From Octopus sinensis (Eukaryota): 64,000 nt of DNA. How positions within the stretch are numbered: the stretch's first letter is position 1; every line of letters begins with the position of its first letter. The stretch is from assembly GCF_006345805.1 (NCBI RefSeq), contig NC_042997.1, positions 33,046,001 to 33,110,000 on the forward strand, in the 5' to 3' direction. A program made the position numbers and the translations under genes. Positions 41,786 through 54,221 of this stretch are shown in pieces. The notes under the pieces are model-generated. The model ran no database searches. It was not told where the DNA came from and was given only the letters and a program-made list of their open reading frames with translations.

Positions 41786-42014
41786 TTAACCCTTTCGTTA
41801 CCATATTTATTTTGAGATGTTCTGTGTTCCTTTCAATTACTTTAAATATAACAAAGAATTTAGTAAAATAACTTAGTTATCATTAAGCTAGTGTTAGGAA
41901 CATAAATTGTGATTAAGGTTTGGTGAAAGATTTTAATTCAAAACTTATGAAAACAAGACATTTGTATTATAGAGCCAGAGCCGGTTTCAGCCGGGTTCGT
42001 AACGAAAGGGTTAA
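41786..42014. mobile_element. TTAA-flanked MITE (piggyBac-type), family 2
   Basis: TTAA-CCCTTTCGTTAC ... GTAACGAAAGGG-TTAA. Confidence 0.9.
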
Positions 42015-42694
42015 TGCTAAATTATAGCATTCAAATGCGACATGTCTATGCTTGTATGGATGTTCATACAAGATAAAGTGTACTAAATACACATGGTGTA
42101 ATTCATTTATTTACTTGAAGATAAGCATTCACATCACTACTATTCAGTACTTCTTAGTACATGTGATTCTTCATATTATGTAAAAATGTATGGATGAACT
42201 TAAATTAGTTCTTTTTCACTTAACCTTGGTTTGATGTTTAGGGTGCAATGTTAAGGTATGCAGCAATGTAGTGGGGTGGAGGGGAAAAAGGCAGCTGATA
42301 GGTAGGGTATTATTTGCAGAAACAGTTAATTTACTTGTGACTAATGCAGAGTAGGGGTGACTCCTTCTATATCATTATCATCATCATCATTTAGCGTCCA
42401 TTTTCCATGCTAGCATGGGTTGGACGGTTCAACTGGGGTCTGGGAAGCCAGAAGGCTGCACCAGGCCCAGTCTGATCTGGCAATGTTTCTATGGCTGGAT
42501 GCCCTTCCTAACGCCAACCACTCTGTGAGTGTAGTGGGTGCTTTTTACGTGACACTGGCACAGGTGGACCAAATATATGATATGGAAGTAAACATAAGAT
42601 TACTGCTATATTGATTTTGTAAGGTACCTGTAGACAATGATGTGTATAGACTGTGGTGGGGTACCTTCTTTATAATTGGAAGTGTTCTGATATA

Positions 42695-43092
42695 TCTTTA
42701 TATATAAAAGTCAAGTTGTGTGTCTGTCTCCTACGATTTAGATTCCTAACTATTCCCACATTTTGTGGTGCAGTTTAACCAAAAGCGGGTATCTTATAGT
42801 CGTGATTCATATCGAGCCCTTCTGGGTATTAGCGCACATCTACGATGAGTCTACAATTTTAAAAAAATTTACCCTCATTTTTTTCCATTTTAATGCATTT
42901 TTTTCGCTATTATATAAGGAAAGTAACTCTCTAAAAATGTCTACGATGAGTCAACGATTTAAAAAAAAATTTACCATAATTTTTTTCCCATTTTTAATGC
43001 ATTTTTTTGCTATTTTTTGGCTATAACTCTCTAAAAATGCTTATATAGTTATTTCCCTTACAAACCCGAGCAACGCTGGGCGATACTGCTAG
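42695..43092 (+). mobile_element. Non-autonomous Helitron
   Basis: Same family; TC/CTAG ends and A|T insertion site. Confidence 0.9.
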
Positions 43093-43629
43093 TATATATA
43101 TATATTTGTTTATATACTTACACAAATTTATGTCCATATCTTGGCAAATTGATGAATATCATTTATCTCTTCCTTCTTTTAGTCACTGGATTGTGGCCAT
43201 ACAGGGCCACTGCCTGGAAGTGATTATTTATTTTCTTCTAAGTCTGGTACTTATTCTATTGATGTTATTTGCCAAACTGCTAAGTTACAAGTTTGTAAAC
43301 AGTGACTGTCAAGTGGTGGTGGGGCAAACACACACATGCACACACACACACACACACAAACACATACAAACACACACAAACACACACACACATGCATACG
43401 CACACACAAATATAACGGGTCTCCACACAGTGTCCATTCTAGCAAACTCACTCACATGGCATTGTCTACCTAGGGCTATAGTAAAAGACACTTGCACAAG
43501 GTGCTGTACAGTGGGACTGAACCTGAAACCACATAACTGCAAAGTGACCTTTTCAGCCACACAGTCATGTAAAAAATTTTCCAATTATGTTTGTTTGTAT
43601 GTGTGTGTGTAATTTAGAAATATACTTAC

Positions 43630-43835
43630 AAGTCACTCTCTGCGTTGCCCAAAATTGTCCAGCAGTTTCTACAATCCAAGCTTCTGTTTTGTCACTGATT
43701 AAGAAGCTGTTGTCATACTTCAGGTAGGACAGAAGCGGTTCATCCGATACCCGGCCTCCCACTCCAACTGTTTCTAATAGCTTGATGATGATGTCTTTAG
43801 CTTCTTTTGCTGTTGCGCTGCGTTCAAGAGCCAAC
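43630..43835 (-). CDS. SCRN: Secernin-like gene, internal coding exon (first exon visible in this window)
   Basis: Translates as (R)LALERSATAKEAKDIIIKLLETVGVGGRVSDEPLLSYLKYDNSFLISDKTEAWIVETAGQFWATQRVT, matching the secernin motifs LGLER..TA, NSFLIAD..EAW.LETAG..WAA. Acceptor ccttcttttatctAG, donor GTAAGT. 206 nt, phase 2 in and phase 1 out. Confidence 0.95.
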
Positions 43836-45092
43836 CTAGATAAAAGAAGGCAGAACAAAAGGGTAGCAAAGATTATTGTCAAATTTCCACAGACACTCAA
43901 CACACAAAATACCTATTTCTTTACTACCCACAAGGGGCTAAACACAGAGGGAACAAACAAGGACAGACAAATGGATTAAGTCAATTATATCGACCCCAGT
44001 GTGTAGCTGGTACTTATTTAATCGACCCCGAAAGGATGAAAGGCAAAGTTGACCTCGGCGGAATTTGAACTCAGAATGTAGCGGCAGACGAAATATCGCT
44101 AAGCATTTCGCCTGGCGTGCTAACGATTCTGCCAGCTTGCCACTGTCGCAAATTATATCATCATCGTTTAATGTCCATTTTCCGCGCTAGCACGGGTTGG
44201 ACGGTTCAACCGGGGTCCGGGAAGCCAGGAGGCTGCACCAGGCTCCAGTCTGATCTGGCAGTGTTTCTACAGCTGGATGCCCTTCCTAACGCCAACCACT
44301 CTGCGAGTGTAGTGGGTGCTTTTTACGTGCTACCGGCACAGGTGCCAGGGGAGTCTGGCAGCGGCCATGATCGGTTGGTGCTTTTAACGTGCCACTGGCA
44401 CAGAAGCCAATTGAGGCGGCACTGGCATCGGCTACGTTTGGATGGTGCTTTTTACGTTCCACCGGCACAGAAGCCAGTCGAGGCGGGGATAAATTATTTT
44501 ATGAAAGAAATAGATGATAAATTACTGAAACACAATCTAAATAATGAAAGGCCTGATCACAGTTCATGAGTTTAAACCACTGCATGTGTTTAGTAGTGTT
44601 TCTAGAGCAAAACACTTGAGTCTCTATTGCTTCAGTTCATTTAGCTGTGAAGAAATGCACCAGATCTGTTTCCTATGGGCTGTTTCTCTAGGGAGAGATT
44701 AATCAGTTAGTTACTTGATGTTATTAAATTAGTGTTTAATCCTCAAGACCTTTGTGAGGCTGAGGAAGTAGAAGAAGAGAGAAAGAAAACCAAAATAGTG
44801 AAAAATTTCTTTAAAAATTAGAACAACGTAAGTTAAAATAAATCCTTTCCTGTGCGATTTTCCGGGAAAAGTAACATTCCCCAAAAGAAGTCCAAAATAT
44901 ACTAATTGTTCCATTAAATAAATTAAAGTAATACAAACTTTAAAAAAATTTTTCCTAGAGACTTTATAAAATATATTTCAATATGGCTACCAGTCCTAAG
45001 CCTTAACTCTGAATTAAGAAGTGTTACGTGCAGGTTGTAGAAAGTCCACAAAACATGGAAAAAACTGATAAGTTGAGATTTGATGTTAGGCC

Positions 45093-45313
45093 TTAACCCT
45101 TTAGTGTTCGCATTATTCTGCCAAAATTAATGCTTTTTTATCCACTTTGTTTTGAACTAATCATGCATTATCTTGTAGCTATGAGATTTTGAGGAGGTAG
45201 CTGTTAATTTTTAAAACGATATTGTAGGGTTGGTCTGAGAGACCAGATCTGGCAAGTTTGAACATAAAACAGGCAGAATACTTTTGGCCGGATATGGCCG
45301 GTTTAAATGCTAA
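45093..45313. mobile_element. TTAA MITE family 1, inverted copy with one end eroded
   Basis: Reverse complement of 2688-2916. Confidence 0.8.
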
Positions 45314-45872
45314 AAAGACAAGATGCTATATAACTGAACCCATATGCTATACAGTAAATTCAACCAATTCATGCCAGTATAGAAAAATTGATGTTAAAAT
45401 GAGAATGAGAGTAAAGGTTGATGATCCATTGGTATTTATTTTTATTTTTCTGAAGCCAAAGAACTCGACTCTAACTAGTCATGTTTAGCTAGATGTAAAT
45501 AGATAAGTAAAGTCAATCACTGTAAGAAGCAGGAACACTATACAATTCATGAGTGCTATATTTGTTTGTGGAACTGAGTTCAGATTCTATAGTTTCTGGA
45601 AAAGCAGCATTAAGACATTCTACTACTCAGGCTCCAGACCAAAATCTCTAATTGTCTTAAGCTGCTTTAGCTCTTGATCTGACTACTGGCTTTGATTGCT
45701 GGTTGCATGTATGGCTGGTGCATAATAGGACAGAAATACATCTCATGCACCATTAGTCACTGTTGAGTAGATATCATACTAGAGTGCAAGAGACTTCATG
45801 ACAATAAACAATTATAATTGAACTAGTCATTCAACCTCTTTTTATTTTCTCTCCTTCTTTATTTCTGTGTTC

Positions 45873-45908
45873 CTTTCTTTCAAAGAGCGTAGGCTCGAAA
45901 CGTAAAAG
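45873..45908 (+). ncRNA. Degenerate hammerhead motif (core eroded)
   Basis: CUUU-CUUUCAA-A-GAGC-GUAG-GCUC-GAAAC-GUA-AAAG: same geometry as the 33454 motif (stem II, GAAAC-GUH, helix I CUUU/AAAG), but CUGANGA is replaced by CUUUCAA. Confidence 0.45.
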
Positions 45909-45995
45909 ACTTTCTCACTTCCCAAATATTAAACTAATACACCTGTTTGTTGTTTACACACTCGTCTTCGTCTTTTGTTTTTTCTTGAAAATTCT

Positions 45996-46064
<69 letters not shown>

Positions 46065-46135
46065 TAATGTAGGATAAAATTTTTTCAAGAAAAAAAAAAT
46101 TTATCAATGGCCTGCATATTAAAAAATACCTTTAA

Positions 46136-46236
46136 TTTCTAATGCCAAATATGCCGAAAAATTGGACATATTGTCCATTACATATAATTGGTAATGGACA
46201 ATATGTCCAATTTTTCGGCATATTTGGCATTAGAAA
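46136..46236. repeat. Perfect inverted repeat (46-bp arms, 9-nt loop)
   Basis: tttctaatgccaaatatgccgaaaaattggacatattgtccattac ATATAATTG followed by its exact reverse complement. Confidence 0.95.
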
Positions 46237-46265
46237 AATTTTTTCATTTGCCCTTATTTATAAGT

Positions 46266-46299
<34 letters not shown>

Positions 46300-46305
<6 letters not shown>

Positions 46306-46520
46306 TAATCCAAACAAGAAAACACAAAAAAACAAAAAAACACAACAACGCGAGGACGTGGAACAAATAAAGTATTATTGGATGCTCAGGAAAGAAGGGA
46401 AGAAGGAGGGTTTAACGTTTCGAGCGGAGCTCTTCGTCGGAAACATAGGAGAAGGAAAGATCTCGAGAAGGGAAGACAGAGGAAAAAAATCACCAGCAGT
46501 ACTCACGAGGTCACATATTG
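46300..46520 (-). mobile_element. Second copy of the hammerhead-bearing (TA)n-flanked element
   Basis: Near-identical to 33350-33545 (agttaatccaaacaagaaaacacaaa...cacgaggtcacat), with a short extra segment near 46455-46470. Confidence 0.6.
46410..46444 (-). ncRNA. Second copy of the same hammerhead motif with a core U4C substitution
   Basis: Minus strand reads GUUU-CCGACGA-A-GAGC-UCC-GCUC-GAAAC-GUU-AAAC. The host element 46300-46520 is homologous to 33350-33545. Confidence 0.6.
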
Positions 46521-46551
46521 AAAAAGCATATATATAAGTATATATAAAAAG

Positions 46552-46609
<58 letters not shown>

Positions 46610-46644
46610 TATATATATATATATATATATCTATATATATATAT

Positions 46645-46693
<49 letters not shown>

Positions 46694-46710
46694 AATATAT
46701 ATATTGAAGT

Positions 46711-46983
46711 ATATAATTATGAATATATAATTATAATTAAGGGCCCAGGAGGGACAACGCTAATATGTTAAAAGTAGATGTCAAACCACTCTAAAATTGT
46801 TCTCCTTTCGGCAAGGTGCTGGTGGGACAATGCCAATACACTAGAAGAAGGTGTCAAATGTCTACAAACCTTGTGCCAAAAGAACAAATTTAGAGTGATT
46901 TGTAGACATTTGACTTCTACTTCTAGCGTATTAGCATTGTTCCTCCAGTGCCCTGAATTATAATTATATATTTATAATTATAT
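46711..46983. mobile_element. Foldback/MITE-like element with long imperfect terminal inverted repeats
   Basis: tataattataattaagggcccaggagggacaacgctaat...gtcaaa mirrors tttgacttctacttctagcgtattagcattgttcctccagtgccctgaattataattata. An internal third copy of the arm motif lies near 46826-46870. Confidence 0.7.
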
Positions 46984-47052
46984 AAAGAGGAAGACAACTT
47001 GTTTTAAATCTCTGAGTGAGACAAGTACAGTAACAGCACGACATAGCCATTT

Positions 47053-47128
<76 letters not shown>

Positions 47129-48324
47129 AAGAGAGAGAAAGAGAGAGAAAGAGAGAGAAAGAGAGAAAGAGACTGTATGCATGTGTGTGTATATGTATGT
47201 GTGTGTATGCATTTGTGTGTAAATGCATATATGTGTGAATGAGAAAATGTGAGTGCAAGTGTGTGTATGTGTGAGAGTGAGAAAGAGAGCGAAAGAGAAA
47301 GAGAGAAGGAGAGTGTGTGTGCATGTGTGTAGGAAAGAGATATTGTGTGTGTGCATGTGTGAGAGAGAGAGTGTGTATGTGTGCATATGCGAGGGAGTGT
47401 GCATGTATGCATTGTGTGTGTGTGTGAGAAAGAGAGTGTGTGTGAGAAAGAGAGTGTGTGTATATGTGTGTATGTGTGTGTGTGTGTGTGTGTGAAAAAG
47501 AAAGTGTATGCATGCATGTGCTGTGTTGTGTGTGTGAGAGAGAGGGAGAGAGAGAGATGGAGAGAAAAAGAGAGAGAAGATGAAAGACAATGCTGATCTC
47601 AGCAGGATTTGAAATCAGAGTGCAGCAAACCAGAACAAATCCTGCAAGGCATTCCATCCAGCATTCTATTGATGCTACCAATTCCACCCTCTTATGTCTA
47701 TCATGACTGTACCACAACGTAGTAATAGCTTGTTTTGCTTTCAGATTATCTCTGCCTCACCATTGACATTTCTATTTACTCTATATTTTGATATAATCTG
47801 ATCTGTTTCCTCTGTTTCTTCTGATCATCTCCAATTGACCTATTTCTAAATATACACATACCCTCCGGCTACATTTAATCTCAGAACCGTTTATATCTCA
47901 AATACGTAGTTTCAAAACTACATAAACACAGTGTATTTTCATTTTACTTCAGAGTTTGTCTTTTTGCCCCATTTAGCCAAATTGATTTATAAATATAAAT
48001 TACATTGGTTCATTATATATCAAACATGTCTAAACGAATTTAGTGCCACAGTGTATCAAACTCAAACAGCGTCGATGGCACAGTACCAAAAGCTTCTGGC
48101 CATATGCATTCTGTAATTGGTATAAATATACAATTAAAGACTTTGACAATGTTGTAATTAGATATTTCTGTCCAGATGAATTACTACATGATTCTCTCAT
48201 GTAGAATGCCTTTAGAGGTTTCCATAATACATAAGCATGCATCCACATAAAGATTCACAAACATGAATACACAACTATACATAAATACATACATACATAT
48301 AGACATACATACATTCATACATTA

Positions 48325-48755
48325 TTATTATTATTATGGCCTCCCCCTCGTTATTGAGTATGGCCATTGCACGAAACTTAACTGTTACTGGTGCTGTGAT
48401 CAAATGTGACTTTTTAGCCCTGCTAAAGATCAACAATGTCTTGTACAAAATTGGCAACTAAAACCTTTACTGGTAATAGCCGGCTGTAGTTGTAACTGGG
48501 CTTCATGTACCTTTGCAGATTGTTTAAGTCCTCCTGCCGAATTACACTCTCTTCCAAATGCCCGACAGATACGATTAGTATGGTGTGTTACACCACCACC
48601 AGTGGCCAGGTTGTCACTCATCTGTCTCGCTTTATGACATATATACATACATTATTATGGCTGCCCCCTCGTTATCGAGTATGGCCATTGCACAAAGCTT
48701 AACTGTTACTGGTGCTGTGATCGAATGTGACTTTTTAGCCCAGCTAAAGATCTAC
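48325..48755 (-). mobile_element. Two 5'-truncated copies of the zinc-finger RTE 3' end
   Basis: Reverse complement of about 5245-5550 at 48325-48637, and of about 5450-5550 at 48650-48755; adjacent to (CATA)n. Confidence 0.85.
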
Positions 48756-48756
48756 A

Positions 48757-48875
48757 ATACATACATACATACATACATACATACATACATACATACATAC
48801 ATACATACATACATTATGCATACATACATACTACGTACGTACATACATACATACATACATACATACATACATACA

Positions 48876-48908
<33 letters not shown>

Positions 48909-48951
48909 GCATACATACATACATACGTACGTACATACATACATACATACA

Positions 48952-48984
<33 letters not shown>

Positions 48985-49017
48985 GCATACATACATACAT
49001 ACATACATACATACACA

Positions 49018-49050
<33 letters not shown>

Positions 49051-49388
49051 GCATACATACATACATACGTACGTACATACATACATACATACATACAACA
49101 TACATACATACATACACATACATACATACAACATACATACATACATACATACACATACATACATACATACATACATACATACGTACGTACATACATACAT
49201 ACATACATACATACATACATACATACATACATACATACATACATCATACATACATATATGCATACATACATACATACATACATACATACATACTAACATA
49301 CATACATACATACATACACATACATACATACATATATACATACATATATGCATACATACATACATACGTACGTACATACATACATACA

Positions 49389-49421
<33 letters not shown>

Positions 49422-49436
49422 GCATACATACATACA

Positions 49437-49469
<33 letters not shown>

Positions 49470-49490
49470 GCATGCCTACATACATACACG
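48757..49490. repeat. (CATA)n microsatellite, about 730 bp
   Basis: Direct reading, with recurring variant blocks (catatatgcata, cgtacgta). Confidence 0.98.
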
Positions 49491-49519
49491 AATGCACACA
49501 TGCATATATACATACATGA

Positions 49520-50323
49520 ATACGATGAATGTGTGCGAACTGCCATGCTTCACGGCAGTAAAGCTTGGGCTGTGACTGCTGAAGACATGAGTAGGCTTGA
49601 AAGAAATGAAGCTAGCATGATCTGCTGGATGTGTAATGTCAGTGTGCACACACGATAGAGTGTAAGCACACTGAGAGAAATGTTGGACATAAGAAGCATC
49701 GGATGTGGTGTGCAAGAAAGACGTTTGCATTGGTGTGGTCATGTACTACGGATGGATGAGGAGAGATGTGTGAAGAAGGGCCATTTCCAAACAGTGGAAG
49801 GAATCCGGGGTAGAGGGAGACTCAGGAAGACATGGGATGAGGTGGTGAACGTTGGGCCTCACAGAGGCAATGACAAAAGACTGAAACCTCTGGAGATAAG
49901 CTGTGACTGAGAAGACCTGGCAAATAAAGTGAGTTCACAGCTGTATCCTACATCAGTGTCACATAACCAGCGCACTCAAAAGTACCTTGGAGTGTAGGAC
50001 GGCATGCCATGCTTGAGGAGACCTACTGAGTCAAGTACATCAAAATCAAATGGAAATTGTAGTTGTGACCTCTGTGCCGGTGGCACGTAAAAAGGCAGCA
50101 ACCAATCGTGGTCATTGCCTGCCCCCTCTAGCCCCTGTGCTGATGGCATGTACAAAAAAAGCATCCACTACACTCTTGGAGTGGCTGGCGTTAGGAAGGG
50201 CATCCAGCCGTAGAAACACTGCCAGATGAGACTGGAGCCTGGTGCAGCCTCCTGGCTTCCCAAACCCCAGTCGAACTGTCCAACCCATGCCAGCATGGAA
50301 AATGGACGTTAACGATGATGATG

Positions 50324-50325
<2 letters not shown>
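49520..50325 (+). mobile_element. RTE (BovB-like) LINE 3' fragment with (GAT)n tail
   Basis: YDECVRTAMLHGSKAWAVTAEDMSRLERNEASMICWMCNV and RRLHWCGHVLRMDEERCVKK...EGIRGRGRLRKTWDEVV, then the abundant 3' UTR ending ggacgttaacgatgatgat. Confidence 0.85.
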
Positions 50326-50374
<49 letters not shown>

Positions 50375-50723
50375 ACATACATATACATTCGTACATACAT
50401 ACAGGCAAACATACATACATGCACACACATGTTCTTTAGTTCTTTAGTTTTATCCATTATGGTCAAAGCAGTGCTGGGACACCACTTTCATATGCATGTG
50501 TGAATGTGTATGTGTGTATGTGTGCATAAATATATATATAATATATATATATATTTATATATATATATACATACATATACATTCGTACATACATACAGGC
50601 AAACATACATACATACATGCACACACATGTTCTTTAGTTCTTTAGTTTTATCCATTATGGTCAAAGCAGTGCTGGGACACCACTTTCATATGCATGTGTG
50701 AATGTGTATGTGTGTATGTGTGC

Positions 50724-50745
<22 letters not shown>
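50375..50745. repeat. Local tandem duplication of about 195 bp
   Basis: catatacattcgtacatac...ggtcaaagcagtgctgggacaccactttc...gtgtgcataaatata occurs twice, bounded by (TA)n. Confidence 0.9.
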
Positions 50746-50754
<9 letters not shown>

Positions 50755-50877
50755 ATAATACAGTGTCTTTTGACATTTTTCAGTGTGTGGTGAGGCGCAA
50801 GCCAAGCTCTTGTTATTATTATAAAATATATATATGTATACACACACACACACACATGCATACATACATTTATACAT

Positions 50878-51331
50878 GGTGGCTGCCCCCTCGTTATCGA
50901 GTATGGCCATTGCACGAAGCTTAATCAATGTTGTTATTGTGCAATGCCTGTGCAAGAAGATATTTTTTTAAGTGAGGAAAGGCTGTGCACTGAGTCAATC
51001 CCACTCACTAAGCAACAGCAGCCATAATCCGAAAAGAAGAACAAGTCAACATCATCGGTAACCACTGAGCCACAGATTTTATGTTGGAGTTATCCCAGTT
51101 ACCTGAGTTGCCTTCTCCTAGAAAGATTGTCCTGACAAAGGCTAGGAGTCCTTCACTCCCAATGGTTTAACTGCGTGATCGGGTATTCAGTCCGATTATT
51201 TCTATGTCCCCGAGCATGATACAGCCTTAAGACATTTATTGGATGGCCGTTGACTCTCAAGAGTTCCTCTGCCCTTTGATGGGTTTTGTTTTTCATCCCG
51301 CAGGGTGACCAATAAACAGCCTCCTCACCAC
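50878..51331 (-). mobile_element. Non-autonomous element sharing the RTE 3' terminus (internally deleted RTE or SINE)
   Basis: Its last ~45 nt (aagcttcgtgcaatggccatactcgataacgagggggcagcc) match the RTE tail at 5506-5547. The remainder is non-coding and is flanked by (CATA)n. Confidence 0.65.
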
Positions 51332-53075
51332 ATACATACATACATACATACATACATACATACATACGTACATTCAGACAGACAGACAGACAGACAGACA
51401 CAAATGCACACACATGCACATATAGATATACATGTATATATATTCACATATAACTATTATGCTATAAGTTAAGAAGATGCAATTATGAAGTAAATATTGA
51501 TGCTATGGGAAATGAAGTTTACAATGAAAATTAGTGGTAATAGTGATAATTACCGTGATGACGATAGTGATAATGATTATGATGATTACAAAAGCAATGT
51601 TCATTCATACAATGAGGATAATGAGTTAATGATGAGGATGTTGATGATGATGATGATGATGAGGATGTTGATGATGACTAAGATGCTGATAAATATATTT
51701 ACAATACTGATAATGATGCGAATCATTTTGATCTTAATGATTTGAACATGGATCAAAAGGAGGAGGAGGAAGGGAGAGAACGAGGAAGAGGATAATGATG
51801 ACTATGGTGATGTTGATGTCAACAGTGACGACCACAATGATGATGATGACAATGATGATTATAATGGCAACAGCAATGACAGTGTTGACTACAATGACAA
51901 TTATGACGATGACAACAACAACGATGATGATGATGATGATGATGATGATGGAAGAAGTAAATCAGTAATTTTTTGCCATCCTGTAATCTAAAGTGAAATT
52001 CTCCTTGGATCAACATTGTTTTTTCTCCCCAGTGCATATATCAGAAAGATGCTTGCAGCCACAGTCACCAATCACAAATGTGTATTGATAGTATGTAACA
52101 TGCTTTCCCTAATTGTCTACAGTGACTGTGTAGTTACAAGCTGACATGAACTTTCTCAGCTTTCCTACTGCTTGGCCCAACAGAATTATTGAGGATGTGA
52201 CAACTGGAGAAGGAGAGAGAGAAGGAGAGAGAGAGAGAGAGAAGAGTACCAGTACTTGGCTGGTACTCATTTTCAACTGAGTCGAATGGAGCAACATCAA
52301 ATGAAGAACCTTGCTCATGAACACAATGCACCACCCACTCTAAGAATTGAGTTCATGAGCTTATAATTACAAGTCCCAAAACCTACAATTGGGTCACATC
52401 AAAGGGTTAATTTGACTGACTGTATTATGCCTCAAACAAAAAATTTGCATTTTGCTAAAGAAAGAAATCAACTACTAAGCAACATATGAAATATCTGTTG
52501 GGATAGTATGTTAAACCAGTGATTACATGATTATGAGTTCAAATCTTACAGCTGAAATTTTCACTGAACTTGACTCAGTTTGCTCTCATTCACAACAATT
52601 TCTAGGTCAATTTTACAGTTGAGTTATTAGAAGTTATGATGACATAATAGTTCCACAAATATATAATTGTCATCATCATCATCATCATCATTTAACGTCC
52701 GCTTTCCATGCTAGCATGGGTTGAACGATTTTGACTGAGGGCTGGCAAACCAGATGGCTGCACCAGGCTCCAATCTTGATTTGGCAGAGTTTCTACAGCT
52801 GGATGCCCTTCTCAATGCCAACCACTCTGAGAGTATAGTGGGTGCTTTTATGTGCCACTGGCACGGGGGCCAGTCAGGCGGTACTGGCAACGACCTCGCT
52901 CGAATCTTTTTACATATGCCACCGGCACAGGTGCCAGTAAGGCGATGCTGGTAACAATCACACTAATAACGATTTTGCTATAAATTAGTATTTTTTTTCT
53001 CTAAATTTTCTAAATGCTGTTTTACATCCATGTCGTTATCATCATCATTGTCATAATCACCACCACCACCACCAC

Positions 53076-53123
<48 letters not shown>

Positions 53124-53124
<1 letters not shown>

Positions 53125-53768
53125 GCATCAGATGTAGTGTGCAAGAGAAACAACTACACTTGTATGGTCGTGCGATGAATATGGACAAGGATAGCTGTGT
53201 TAAAAAGTGCTGATCTCTAACTGTGGAGGGAACCTATGGAGGAGGTAGACCCAGGAAGACATGGGACAAGATGTTGAAGCATGATCTTTGAATGTTGGGC
53301 TTCACTGAGACAATGACAAATGGCCGAGACCTTTGGTGATATGCTATGCTTGAGAGGGTCTGTCAAGCCAAGTGAAACTGTAGTCATGGCTGATGCTGGT
53401 GTCACGTAACAGGCACCTGTGCCAGTGGCACATAAAAAGCACCTTCCAAACGTTGGGCCTCATAGAAGTGATAAGTGACTGAGACCTTTGGCAATATGCC
53501 GAGATTGAGAAGAATCATCAAGCCAAGTGAAATCATAGTTGTGGATGATGCTGGTGCCACATAACTGGCACTTCATACTGGTGGCACATAAAAAGCACCC
53601 ATTACACTCTTGAAGTGGTTGGTGTTAGGAAGTGCATCCAGCCGTAGAAACCTTACCAGAACAGATTGGAACCTGGTGCAGCTCTCCAGCTCACCAGTTT
53701 GAGTCAAAGTGTCCAACCCATGCCAACATGGAAAGCAGACATTAAATGGTGATGATGATGATGATGAT
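53124..53768 (+). mobile_element. RTE LINE 3' fragment, same family as 49520-50325
   Basis: Homologous ORF-end and 3' UTR sequence with a (GAT)n tail. Confidence 0.8.
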
Positions 53769-53970
53769 ATAGTTTTTTTCCTATTATTTGGTACAAAAAG
53801 TTAAAAGTGGCTCATACACTGTTGCATGTAAAGTGATATATGTTTATCATATGTTAGGTAAACAGAATATACATATAAAAATTTGCCTGTGTGTGTGTCT
53901 GTGTGTGTGTGTGTGTGTATGTGTGTGTGTATGTGTGTGTGTGTGTATGTGTGTGTGTGTGTGTGTGTGG

Positions 53971-54001
<31 letters not shown>

Positions 54002-54139
54002 GAGAGGCAGACAGACAGAGATAAGTCTAATCCATATATCTATTTTGATAGGTATTGTATCCCAGCTGCTGATTTTGTGACTGCAATGCTATTTGCATAA
54101 CAAATATACATACATACATATACATGCATATACATACAC

Positions 54140-54221
<82 letters not shown>

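Noticed and set aside
48585-49658. 357-aa ORF and the other long YIHT/MYVC/YLSI ORFs
   Set aside because: Translations of (CATA)n, (GATA)n, (TA)n and (CA)n microsatellites. Only the last ~45 aa is real coding-derived sequence, and it is an RTE fragment.
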